A stretch of 64,000 bases of DNA, from positions 28,261 to 92,260 of the forward strand of contig CAWKMY010000003.1 in assembly GCA_963851055.1 (NCBI GenBank), read 5' to 3'. The notes below the pieces were generated by a model that was given only the letters and a program-made list of their open reading frames with translations, searched no databases and was not told the origin of the DNA. This stretch comes from an uncultured bacterium. GTDB taxonomy: Bacteria > Patescibacteriota > Minisyncoccia > Phycocordibacterales > PALSA-1337. The translations under genes were made by a program, and so were the position numbers. Each line of letters begins with the position of its first letter. Position 1 is the stretch's first letter. Of this stretch, positions 37,533 to 46,538 are shown in pieces.

Positions 37533-38756
37533 ACCGCTTCCAACGATTTTTTGGAAAGCGGAGCTGATGCGGCCTCGCCTTTGAAAATAGATAGCTCCAA
37601 GCTCATATAGCCTGTCTATCATCTCCTTGCTCGTCTTCTTTTTGTTTGGCTGCCTAGGTTTCTTGGCTATGTTCCAGGCATCCACTTGTGCAGACATCGG
37701 AAACTTGACCAAAACTTTCAATATCTCCATGGTTATCCGATCACGATTATCTGAAGGCAGCTCCAGAAGCGGCCGGAGCGCCGGTTCTAGCTTGTCTACA
37801 GATCCGATTGCGGATACAAAGGCGCTGTATTCCCTCAATTCCCTAGCTATTTCGCCCTTGTTTCTCCCCGCCTTCAATTGTCGGCGTATCGCCTTCGAAA
37901 GGTCGAATGCGCTTCTACTGCCGCCGCAATGTTTATCCATGTAATCGATTATACAACGGCTGGTCTGCCAAACCGGTTTGAGACAGGCCGATTTCGGCAT
38001 GTATGTCGGAATAGGTGCTGCCTTAACCGTAAACCTTTCCACTGTGTTACTGGATACTGCATACTCGGATTTCCCTTTAGGTTGGGCTTCTGCTGACTGG
38101 CTCGCTGGTTCGGTCGGCGGCACTGTCGCCTTTTTAAGCGCTCTTTTGAACGGCACTATTGGCGCTGTTGATGCAATCGCTTTGCGAGTTTCCAAGATGT
38201 ATCCAATCATGGCTTCCGCCGTTGATGGCAGAGGCATTTCGATGTGACCAGGCACAGAACAATCATCATTAATTTTCGACAGTGGAGTCCTCTCGTTCGA
38301 TCTATCGGCGGCGTTACCGTCACCGGCGCAGAATGCTCCTGACTCCGGTATTACCGAGATAGATGACTCCATGGCTTTGATTTCCCAATGCGACACTTCT
38401 TCACCCTCAATGGTTATTTCCGATTCAGCCCCTTCTCCAGGAACAATGAACTGGACACGACCGGAGTCGATATCTTTAGGCCTGCCGCCAGAAATATGGA
38501 CAAGCCGACAAGGTTTGAAAGCTTTTTCGGGATGAGACTCATATTCGATCACGAAAACGCCATCTTTTCGGGATATTGGAGCAACAGCGGTAACATGACC
38601 ACCCGAGCGAGAAATGGACACGAATCCCGCTTCACGCAGGAATGTTTCGGCGGAAGACTGACTTTCCGTGTAGGCATCAGGGATGCTCACAGATATTACC
38701 TCCAGCAGAACCTTAGTCCCGCCAGATTTGGACGTGACTGATTTTTTCATTTTCAT
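37521..38756 (-). CDS. Hypothetical 411-aa protein (orphan at the edge of the accessory region)
   Basis: Long ORF with protein-like composition. The N-terminal half looks beta-rich; the C-terminal half is helical and basic (…AIRRQLKAGRNKGEIARELREY…). ATG 38756 (MKMKKSV) chosen. It has its own terminator. Confidence 0.5.
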   Translation of the reverse strand: MKMKKSVTSKSGGTKVLLEVISVSIPDAYTESQSSAETFLREAGFVSISRSGGHVTAVAPISRKDGVFVIEYESHPEKAFKPCRLVHISGGRPKDIDSGRVQFIVPGEGAESEITIEGEEVSHWEIKAMESSISVIPESGAFCAGDGNAADRSNERTPLSKINDDCSVPGHIEMPLPSTAEAMIGYILETRKAIASTAPIVPFKRALKKATVPPTEPASQSAEAQPKGKSEYAVSSNTVERFTVKAAPIPTYMPKSACLKPVWQTSRCIIDYMDKHCGGSRSAFDLSKAIRRQLKAGRNKGEIARELREYSAFVSAIGSVDKLEPALRPLLELPSDNRDRITMEILKVLVKFPMSAQVDAWNIAKKPRQPNKKKTSKEMIDRLYELGAIYFQRRGRISSAFQKIVGSGTHS

Positions 38757-38873
38757 AGGTGCTATTGGTTTGGTTGTGGTTTGTGAATCTAGAAAAACCC
38801 TACCATGAAAAAGAGTGGGAGGCAAGATTATTGAATTCAGCGAATTTAGTGAACTTAGCGTAGCCGAAATAAA

Positions 38874-39026
38874 TCAGTTTACGTCCATGTCTTCGGCTAT
38901 GGATCGGAGTTTCTCGATAGCCTCGGGGCCACCGTCCGCGAGCAGTGATTGGAGGTAGGCGAAATCAGGCTCACCATGTTCATTGCGCCAGTCTCTCATT
39001 CCATCAGTATTATTTTCTGGGTCCAT
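38874..39026 (-). CDS. Possible 50-aa acidic protein
   Basis: Hand translation: MDPENNTDGMRDWRNEHGEPDFAYLQSLLADGGPEAIEKLRSIAEDMDVN. Below the ORF-track cut-off. Confidence 0.3.
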   Translation of the reverse strand: MDPENNTDGMRDWRNEHGEPDFAYLQSLLADGGPEAIEKLRSIAEDMDVN

Positions 39027-39094
39027 AGGGTCTAAGTATAGCATTTATATGCCATGTCTGATTGGTAAGATCGTACGGGAGGAAGTTGGAACCA

Positions 39095-39607
39095 TTATGA
39101 ACCGGAAACTAGTCGGCGGTTCTTTATAAGATCATATAAGTATAAGATGGAGAGGGTTATGAGCACCCCCAAAAGTCCAAAGGTCAGATCGCCCATCGTG
39201 TCACTGTTGCTTGGTTGAGCGAGAAGATTCGGGTAGATCAAATTTATATGGAGTATATCCATTCTAAAGTGATCATAAGAGAATTCTAAAATCTCCCAGA
39301 CGACGCCGATGAGAGCGGCGATCCCCATGATCACTAATGCTTGCATCCATTTCTTATGAGAGAAAGCTGCCGCCTCCGGATAATAATGTCGAATCAAGAG
39401 GAGAGATACTGCGATGATTATTCCGCTTAAAAAATGAACAAGAGCGTCATAGCCGAAAAAACCGGCATTGCATCCCAGATACGTATAACATTTATCATTA
39501 CTCATGAGATGGAACCAGAAATCTCCGCTAAGTAAAGCAAAAATGTATATTGGCAAAAGGACCATGAGAACAATCCCTAGACGAGATCTGGTTTTAGAAC
39601 TTGGCAT
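39095..39607 (-). CDS. Membrane protein, YjdF/DUF2238-like
   Basis: 170 aa and multi-TM. The pattern YDALVHFLSG ... VWEILEFSYD ... SDTMGDLTFGLLG resembles my recollection of the YjdF family pattern. Confidence 0.45.
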   Translation of the reverse strand: MPSSKTRSRLGIVLMVLLPIYIFALLSGDFWFHLMSNDKCYTYLGCNAGFFGYDALVHFLSGIIIAVSLLLIRHYYPEAAAFSHKKWMQALVIMGIAALIGVVWEILEFSYDHFRMDILHINLIYPNLLAQPSNSDTMGDLTFGLLGVLITLSILYLYDLIKNRRLVSGS

Positions 39608-39685
39608 TGATGTTGTTTTTATTATATCTTAACTTATGCCAAATTAATTTGCTGGCCGGATGGGACGCTGTTGGAACCTATTTAG

Positions 39686-40297
39686 CTAGGATTTCTTCCC
39701 TATAATCTGAAGCCACGTGGTTTTACCTACCAATTCGCTATTTTCGTATACAATGCTCAATCCAAGATCGAAAAAGTGTTTCTTTAATTCATCCAGAGTG
39801 AAATAGCTGAAAAACCTCTCGTATTGATACCCGTAATCGTTTTCTTTTAGCACTTCTTCATCCTTTCCATCTGGTCTCGTACCTTTTACCGCTACATACA
39901 GATATCCGCCGGATATAAGGCATAATAATAGTCCTTTTAAAACATCAGAGATCTCTTTTTTAGGAATATGTAGAAGTGAGGCTTGTGCAAAAATACCGTC
40001 AAATTTGATACCAAGATTACTAACATCTTTCATATCCATTACATGAAATTGGGCACCGGGTACTTCTCTCTTAGCAATCTCAATCAATTTTTCTGAAAAA
40101 TCTATGCCGGTAACATTTAACCCTTTACCCGTAAGATATTTTGACTTAACTCCAGCTCCACAGCCAACATCAAGAATTTTCTTTTTATCTTTCAGAAATG
40201 AAATAAAAGTATTAGTTCCATCAACCCACCAATCGTCTCCCTTATGGTCATTGAACCAATCGGTTGCAATTCTATTGTAAGTATCTTTAAGATTCAT
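39686..40297 (-). CDS. Class I SAM-dependent methyltransferase
   Basis: Motif I ILDVGCGAGVKSKYL, post-I GIDFSEKLI and motif II FDGIFAQASLLHI. Confidence 0.8.
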   Translation of the reverse strand: MNLKDTYNRIATDWFNDHKGDDWWVDGTNTFISFLKDKKKILDVGCGAGVKSKYLTGKGLNVTGIDFSEKLIEIAKREVPGAQFHVMDMKDVSNLGIKFDGIFAQASLLHIPKKEISDVLKGLLLCLISGGYLYVAVKGTRPDGKDEEVLKENDYGYQYERFFSYFTLDELKKHFFDLGLSIVYENSELVGKTTWLQIIGKKS

Positions 40298-40317
40298 ATA
40301 ATTAAAAGATTAATAAT

Positions 40318-41007
40318 CTATTCAATAATGGGTAATTGATTAGAATTTGAAGAAGATGGTACTGGAGATTCTTGTTGAAGAACTTGTGGTTCAGTCAGTG
40401 GTAGTGGTTGCGCGGCCTTAAATATATTTTCTAATTCTGAATCTAAAGTAATATACATGTCAGACAATTTCGCTAGTTTTGTTTGAATCTTCTGTGAGCT
40501 ATCGAGAGCTGTAAGATAGACATTACCACCAAGATTCTGAACTGCCTCGAATAGTGGGATGTAATCCCTGTCATTTACTAGAAAGACAATATTAGACGCA
40601 CGTCCTCCAGCAAGAAGTAGCAGTACATCACATATTAATTTACTATCAAGCCCTTTCTCTGAGCGTGTAAAATAATCACGATATTCCGGCGAAAGTTTTT
40701 GCAGCTCGTCATCTGGGACAGCGTCAAGATTTTCTCCACATTGTTTGATCTGCCAATGATTTTTTGCGCCAGGCTCAGTTTCATTCGGTGTCTCCAACAT
40801 TGTTTGCAATCTTTTATCATTTTGCTTGAAATAATAAACTACACGAATTGTAGTACCTACCCATAAAGACCATTTGCGCATTAGCGCTTCTGTTAGGCGT
40901 TGTATATCCAATTTCCTGCTATTAAGAGTCGGTTTTGTCCTCCATATCTCAAAAATACTGGAAAATAAGTGAGAGCCATCTATTATAAAATAACCTTTAT
41001 TTTCCAT
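40318..41007 (-). CDS. NYN/LabA-like (PIN-related) ribonuclease-domain protein
   Basis: Conserved acidic positions appear in NYN order: FIIDGSHLF, EKGLDSKLICDVLLLA and VFLVNDRDYIPLFEAVQNLGGNVYL. The C-terminal tail is low-complexity. Confidence 0.65.
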   Translation of the reverse strand: MENKGYFIIDGSHLFSSIFEIWRTKPTLNSRKLDIQRLTEALMRKWSLWVGTTIRVVYYFKQNDKRLQTMLETPNETEPGAKNHWQIKQCGENLDAVPDDELQKLSPEYRDYFTRSEKGLDSKLICDVLLLLAGGRASNIVFLVNDRDYIPLFEAVQNLGGNVYLTALDSSQKIQTKLAKLSDMYITLDSELENIFKAAQPLPLTEPQVLQQESPVPSSSNSNQLPIIE

Positions 41008-41010
41008 AAA

Positions 41011-41307
41011 TTATTTAATGCCACATAATGGCCTATACTTTGTCCTTATAAGTCTTTCAAGTAACAGCCTGAAGTTCTGATCGTTGCTTATGTAAATAAA
41101 TAAGCCGGTATCATTACATCCATTACTATACCAGCAGGCCTTTCTTTCGTGGTTAATTAGTCGTGAATTTATATCGTTTGTTTCTCCAACGTCCACAACC
41201 TGATTTCTCCCATTTAAGATAATATACACACAGCCAAAATCTCGGTTAAATTTCCGAGTGTGATAGTACGGTCCTGTAAATGTATATCCCTCAACTTGAA
41301 TCGCCAT
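41011..41307 (-). CDS. Small GIY-YIG-like nuclease-domain protein
   Basis: 98 aa. GCVYIIL ... VVDVGETNDINSRLINH fits the pattern GIY-(~10)-YIG-x-T...R...H. Stop-to-start spacing to the NYN gene is 3 nt. Confidence 0.45.
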   Translation of the reverse strand: MAIQVEGYTFTGPYYHTRKFNRDFGCVYIILNGRNQVVDVGETNDINSRLINHERKACWYSNGCNDTGLFIYISNDQNFRLLLERLIRTKYRPLCGIK

Positions 41308-41322
41308 AATTTTGGAAATTTT

Positions 41323-42105
41323 CTAATTTTTATTGAATCGTTTGAAGTATGTATCAATCTCATCCCGGAGTTCAATACCAACCCTCTCAAAGCAATCAAG
41401 TAAGTCTTTGTATGTTCCCTTACCTCCAAGAAAATCCCAGAATTCATCTGCGACTTTGAGCTCATTTTCCAGATCAAGCATGCCACGCATTGTCCAGCGA
41501 GAATATTGTTCCGGCTCGTAAGGATTATAAGGAATAGCTATAAAAGTATGCACCTCTGCTTCCGGCTTGTTCGCCAAAATCACAGCCACCCACTCAAGCA
41601 GTGTGCGCTTGAATTCTTTAAAACCACCAGCATTTGGCTTTGCCGTTTTAATATCAAATAGATAAAAGGCACCGTCTTTTGATTCAAACATCAAATCTAC
41701 TTTTGTCGGCTTAACAGTTACCATCTTCCCTGTCTGGCAAACTTTTCTTATTCTCTCAATCTCTTTATTCTTATCGGGGGTACTCGTAGCAGTTGTAAGT
41801 CCATCTATAATTTTCTGAATCTCGCCTTGTGCCGCGGTACTGATCAATTCACCAGCTGTAGCTTGAGCAGTAGCCATTTTGAAATTCTTTTGTGCTAGAG
41901 CTAGGCCAACCGGCTCGAAAATACTGCTACCAAAATTGGTATTGAGTGAATGGATAAAAGAATACAACGCCAGTCTATCCTTTCCCAATAATCTGGTATG
42001 GAAAGGCATTGATGCCGGCTCCGGATTATAGTTCTGAAACTTATTGCGTAAACTAGCTTTTAATGTTTCCTCAACGGCTTTGATTTGTTCTTTAGATAAA
42101 GTCAT
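41323..42105 (-). CDS. Type II restriction endonuclease, TdeIII-like
   Basis: MPFHTRLLGKDRLALYSFIHSLNTNFGSSIFEPV matches my recollection of the RE_TdeIII family N-terminus. A PD-(D/E)xK-like VDLMFES...YLFDIKTAKPN is present. It starts 3 nt after the methyltransferase stop. Confidence 0.55.
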   Translation of the reverse strand: MTLSKEQIKAVEETLKASLRNKFQNYNPEPASMPFHTRLLGKDRLALYSFIHSLNTNFGSSIFEPVGLALAQKNFKMATAQATAGELISTAAQGEIQKIIDGLTTATSTPDKNKEIERIRKVCQTGKMVTVKPTKVDLMFESKDGAFYLFDIKTAKPNAGGFKEFKRTLLEWVAVILANKPEAEVHTFIAIPYNPYEPEQYSRWTMRGMLDLENELKVADEFWDFLGGKGTYKDLLDCFERVGIELRDEIDTYFKRFNKN

Positions 42106-42107
42106 GA

Positions 42108-43682
42108 TTATTTGAGTTTAAAATGGAAAATAATTTCTGAATAAGGGGTGCGATCACGCTCGGTTCGATTCAATACCGGCCTTTTGAATTGATTGACTAT
42201 TTTCATGCCGGTTTTTTCAGCAATCTGTGGATATAGGTTGTATTTATCATTCGCAACCAAGAATATATCCGGATTGTCAGTAAAGTATTTCTTGCAATTA
42301 TTGAGAACATCTGCAATCCCTTGAACATAAGATTGCTTAGCTTCAAAACCTTGACCTTTATAAAGTGGCCCTATTTCAAGATCGTCTTTACGCTTAAAAC
42401 CGAGCAGATCATAAGCATAAGCGTGTTGCTCGTGATAGTCAATTTGACCAACGTATGGTGGTGAGCAAAATATGCCGGAAATTTTTTGTTTCTTCAATAA
42501 TTTTGCAAACTCGGGATTATGCTTTTCTACCACCTCAAATATGTTTACTTTTCTAGAATCACCAGCAATAGCTGAATAATGAACAGGCTTACGCAACCGA
42601 TCGAACTCCTTCACTCGGCTCAATGTATCAAAAGCATAACGATTGAGCATTGCTTTAATCGAAAAAAGTGGTTTGCAGATTTTTTTATGTTTGAAACAGT
42701 AATAAGTCGTCAGTTGAGGTTCCTTGAGCGTAGCGAGATCGCTATGTGTCGTAGCTCTACATGATCGGATTGTTCGACTAAGAATAAGAGCCAGCATTTT
42801 TCTTGCTTTCAAATCTTTCTCAGACTTTACCGCCCTGAAAACGTGATCAATCTCTCTGCGAACACTATCCATAAACCATTTATCTAGAAATGATTTGGAT
42901 ATATCCTGCTTAATTTTCACAGAATATTTCTTAAGAAGATTTTGGTAAACTGGCAGGAATTCTTTTTCTTTTTTCACTGCAAATACATCTTCATTGACAT
43001 TATTTTGGTTCATCTCATATTTGTAGTCAGATCCAGGAAAATACTTATTGTTGAATTTAGCAAGTTCTACGAGTAATTCTTCCTCAAACTCATGAATCTT
43101 ATTATCGTGTTCAAAAGTCTGAAGCGCATCTATCATCTTTTTTATCGCCTTTTGTAGATACTCGTGATCATAATGCGTAGCTTTACAGCTTGCTATCATG
43201 CAGTTAAATTCTGATACATCTATGCCTACAGAATGAATTCCACTCTCAATAGATTGTATTATTGTTGTGCCGGATCCAAGAAATGGATCTAGAATAATGT
43301 CACCTTGCTTGAAATATACCTGTCTCTTGAAATCGTCGATATGACTATCAACGAAATACTCAACCAATTGAGGAATAAATTTGCCCTTGTATGGATGAAG
43401 ACGGTGTACATGCTTGGTCGTATCTTTTTCTCTCAGATTATCAAATGAAAGTGCCCAGTTTAGATCATCGCCTAACTTTTTTTTCCAATCAGCTTCACGC
43501 TTAGTGTTAGAAGATTTGTAATACCCCTTTAAATCATTGGTGTTGACCATCGTTGAACCATTTTCTCCATGCTTTTTAACCTTGCCATATTGAACAAGGT
43601 AGGAGATATTTGCGGGTGTAACCTCTTTTTCGAGATAATCAGTTGCCCACTTTGATGCTTCTGGAATAGTTATTAATGGCAT
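42108..43682 (-). CDS. DNA methyltransferase, alpha-class order (motif I ... TRD ... motif IV), SPPY type (N4-C or N6-A)
   Basis: HRLHPYKGKFIPQL (motif X) and ILDPFLGSGTT (motif I) lie about 260 aa before FCSPPY (motif IV). Confidence 0.85.
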   Translation of the reverse strand: MPLITIPEASKWATDYLEKEVTPANISYLVQYGKVKKHGENGSTMVNTNDLKGYYKSSNTKREADWKKKLGDDLNWALSFDNLREKDTTKHVHRLHPYKGKFIPQLVEYFVDSHIDDFKRQVYFKQGDIILDPFLGSGTTIIQSIESGIHSVGIDVSEFNCMIASCKATHYDHEYLQKAIKKMIDALQTFEHDNKIHEFEEELLVELAKFNNKYFPGSDYKYEMNQNNVNEDVFAVKKEKEFLPVYQNLLKKYSVKIKQDISKSFLDKWFMDSVRREIDHVFRAVKSEKDLKARKMLALILSRTIRSCRATTHSDLATLKEPQLTTYYCFKHKKICKPLFSIKAMLNRYAFDTLSRVKEFDRLRKPVHYSAIAGDSRKVNIFEVVEKHNPEFAKLLKKQKISGIFCSPPYVGQIDYHEQHAYAYDLLGFKRKDDLEIGPLYKGQGFEAKQSYVQGIADVLNNCKKYFTDNPDIFLVANDKYNLYPQIAEKTGMKIVNQFKRPVLNRTERDRTPYSEIIFHFKLK

Positions 43683-43720
43683 GCCACAAGTTTACCATTT
43701 ATTTTAAAATCAACGAAATT

Positions 43721-44029
43721 TCGCCTCCCGTTCTACCGCCTTTGGAGGGTAGGTGGTGCGCGAGACGCTTGGCAGATAAGGGCGCGTTGACCTCCGCCCG
43801 TCACTACGGATGTTGTTCGCGCCTAGCTCATGTTGGCATGGCGAGAGCGGCCGACTGTCTGTGTGTTACAGACTGTCGGGTAAGCGGAGCCATGCGAACA
43901 GGAGCGTAAGGCGCGCCACAATCGTTATTAGGGCGGAGGTGTACGCGCCCGTACTCTCTCCTGCCACGCGCTCTCGTGCAAGCGGCCGCGCACGACCTGC
44001 CCGGAAAAGGCGGTTGGAGCGGGAGGCAC
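43721..44029. other. GC-rich ~310-bp element with complementary termini (structured RNA or MITE-like element)
   Basis: Sharp GC-rich block between AT-rich genes. gcctcccg (43723-43730) pairs with cgggaggc (44020-44027), and accgcc (43735-43740) pairs with ggcggt (44009-14). Nested internal helices include ccgactgtctg-N7-cagactgtcgg. Only Arg/Ala-rich junk ORFs occur here. Confidence 0.5.
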
Positions 44030-44047
44030 CACAGGCACTTCATGGTT

Positions 44048-44076
44048 TTGACTTAGGGGCCAGATAGATGTAGATT
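44048..44076 (+). promoter_or_regulatory. Sigma70-like promoter (TTGACT-17 nt-TAGATT) for the serine hydrolase gene
   Basis: ttgact at 44048-53 and tagatt at 44071-76, 10 nt before ATG 44086. It lies downstream of the GC-rich element. Confidence 0.45.
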
Positions 44077-44085
44077 AAATACGTT

Positions 44086-45441
44086 ATGAATAACCAAATC
44101 TCAACAGCTATCCAACAGATCGGTCATATCGTAGACGCATGGATTCCTATGAAAATTAAATACGATAAGACGCCGGGAATTTCGATTGCCATTTCTCATG
44201 GCGGTAAAATTATTTACGCGAGAGGTTTTGGTTTTGCAGATGTTGCACATAAGCAAAAAGCGTCTGCCGAAACTTTGTATCATATTGCCTCGCATTCAAA
44301 AATGTTCACGGCGGTTGCTATTATGAAGCTTGTCGAGGAAGGCAAGCTCAGGCTCGATGACCATGTTTCTGACTATATTGACTGGTTTAAGGCAAAGGCT
44401 AAGCATAGCGATTCATCTCATATCACGCTTCGCCAATTACTGTCACATACGGCAGGTGTCTTTCGTGACGGTGATACGCCACATTGGGAAAACGGCAAGT
44501 TTCCAAAAGATTTGAAGAAATCTTTTTCTTCCAAGTCATTAGTCATCGAAAATCTGACTACATTTAAGTATACCAATTACGGCTATTCACTTTTGGGATT
44601 GGTGATTGAAAAGGCCTCTGGAATGTCGTATGAAGAATATGTGACAAAAAAGATTCTTAAGCCACTCGGTATGAAAAATACGTATGTAGATTACAAGAAA
44701 GAAATAAAACACATAGCTACCGGGTATGGTTCTGAAACACCGGATCAAAAGAGAATAGTTTTTAGCCATTACGCCACAAATGCTTATGCACCAGCCACAG
44801 GCTTTGTTTCAAACGCAACTGATCTGATAAAGTTCATATCATCTCTTTCGCTTAATCATGACTCACCACATGTCATCAACAGAGAATCTGTTAAAGAGAT
44901 GGGTAGACCCCATGCCAAGACGGAAGATGGCGATGAATATGGATTAGGTTTGGATATAAGCTATCTTGATGGCCGAAAAATCATAGGACACGGAGGCGGT
45001 TTCAATGGTTTCATCACGCGTACCGCTTTAGACACAAAAAATGATATTGGCGTTGTCGTCCTCACAAATACTTTGGGTTCAAATGCAAGCCAGATAACAG
45101 ACGGGTTGTTGGATTCTATTGATCGGATCATAAATAAATCTAAAGACTACTCCAGCCACTCAAAAATATCTTATGCGAAATATGAAGGTATATATCGAAG
45201 CGTTTGGGGAGACAGTGTGATATCTAGAGCTAAAGATATCCTGATAAGCTATGGTCCTAAGACTAATAATCCCTTAAAGGGCGCTCGTAGATTTATTCCT
45301 ACTTCGTCACCACACACTTTCGTAATGAAATCCAAATACGTTTACGGTTCGTACGATGAAGAGGCGGTATTCACAAATTTTAAGAACGGAAAAGCCCAAA
45401 AATTACTTGAGGCTTCTATGCCACTGAAAAGAATACAGTAA
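44086..45441 (+). CDS. Serine hydrolase of the class C beta-lactamase / PBP4* / esterase family
   Basis: The S-x-x-K nucleophile is ASHSKMFTAVA, the Y-x-N motif is YTNYGYSLLG, and the third box is GHGGGFNGF. Confidence 0.8.
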   Translation: MNNQISTAIQQIGHIVDAWIPMKIKYDKTPGISIAISHGGKIIYARGFGFADVAHKQKASAETLYHIASHSKMFTAVAIMKLVEEGKLRLDDHVSDYIDWFKAKAKHSDSSHITLRQLLSHTAGVFRDGDTPHWENGKFPKDLKKSFSSKSLVIENLTTFKYTNYGYSLLGLVIEKASGMSYEEYVTKKILKPLGMKNTYVDYKKEIKHIATGYGSETPDQKRIVFSHYATNAYAPATGFVSNATDLIKFISSLSLNHDSPHVINRESVKEMGRPHAKTEDGDEYGLGLDISYLDGRKIIGHGGGFNGFITRTALDTKNDIGVVVLTNTLGSNASQITDGLLDSIDRIINKSKDYSSHSKISYAKYEGIYRSVWGDSVISRAKDILISYGPKTNNPLKGARRFIPTSSPHTFVMKSKYVYGSYDEEAVFTNFKNGKAQKLLEASMPLKRIQ

Positions 45442-45452
45442 AGAGGAGCCAC

Positions 45453-46190
45453 TTACTTCTTCTTTATCTTGACTTTGCCTACTGCCGGCAACAATCCCGA
45501 AGCAAATTGGGCAAGCGGATTGGTGTTCATGAAATCCATCATATTCAGAGTTGCCTTTTGAATATCTTCCGGACTTCCTTTCATAGATTTGGTAATACCT
45601 CTACAAGATTTCAAATAGTTTGTATAGGGAATCGACATCGAACCAATTCATAGCATCGAGAAAATTCGATCCGTCGAAATACCTTATAGCTTTGCCGATT
45701 TCCATGTCGGTGATTTCATCATAGCCGTTAGTGATAGTCACCCCTTTCTTTTTGAGGTTGTTCAGATAATTCGGGATATGCTTGTCAATGTAATTCAGGA
45801 TATACCAGCCCCAGCGTTCAAACTCAATCTTCAATATTTTTCCATCGTTCAATAGGTAGATCTTCTTCGAAATCAGAGCGAGACCTTGTCCGAGATCTTG
45901 GCGAACCGCGGGTCTGAAAGCGTCTTCAAATAGCTCAAAAGAACAGCGAATAATTGCTGTGGCAGGATATCTCTCTGTTTGCCGACAAACGCACCTTCAA
46001 AATCTTTAATATCCCCTTTCTTGGATCTTTCCTCCACCTTTAAATTTTCCGGTCTTGTAATATTTATCTTCCGCCTGCACTGTTTTGATATTCTTCAAGT
46101 CCTCGTCCATCACTCTCACGGTGGCATCAAGGATTCTTGTTTGCCTAGAGTGACGTCAAAATCCAAGAGCAAGCTGATCAAATATTTATT
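45453..46190 (-). pseudogene. Series of short minus-strand ORF fragments in three frames (decayed gene)
   Basis: Protein-like segments switch frame at least three times: ...MDEDLKNIKTVQAEDKYYKTGKF / KGDIKDFEGAFVGKQRDILPQQLF / FELFEDAFRPAVRQDLGQGLALISKKIYLLNDGKILKIEFERWGWYILNYIDKH...DVDSLYKLFEIL* / SIPYTNYLKSCRGITKSMKGSPEDIQ.... The long segment has no proper start. Confidence 0.35.
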
Positions 46191-46538
46191 TATCAAGATC
46201 ATCGCCTACACTCACCGCTTCTTTTTGTTCCATACGGAATTTCTGGACAAAATAGGTGAATTTTTTCTGCAGGTCTATCCTTCTTGATCTGCTTCTCGCC
46301 ACTACTGGTCTACAATGCTCCCTGCATCGGTAATGTTTATCAGACAACTCCAATTCATGCCCAGATTCGCAAATACAAACTGCCTTTCTTGAAAAATGGC
46401 ATAGGCTCAATTCCTATTTCTTTGATAGTTTGTTTTCTCCTTCATTTTAATGAAAAATCCACAGACAAAATCCTTACTTTAAGCCATTCTCAAAATCTCA
46501 AAAGCATTTCCGCGAAACTCACCCTTTACGATACACCC

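Noticed and set aside
43721-44029. GC-rich element as RNase P RNA, tmRNA or cobalamin riboswitch
   Set aside because: By eye there is no GAGGAAAGUCC or ACAGAA..GGCUUA P4 pair, no GGGG... start, ...UCCACCA end or T arm, and only a partial B12-box-like GACCUGCC without the GGUG..AAUCC..CCCGC.ACUGU core. The downstream gene's promoter also lies after the element. A covariance-model search is still needed.
43676-44067. Three overlapping 71-85-aa ORFs in the GC-rich element
   Set aside because: Their Arg/Ala/Gly/Cys-rich translations occur on both strands, which is typical of GC-rich non-coding DNA. They have no start context or motifs, so the region is better explained as an RNA or DNA element.
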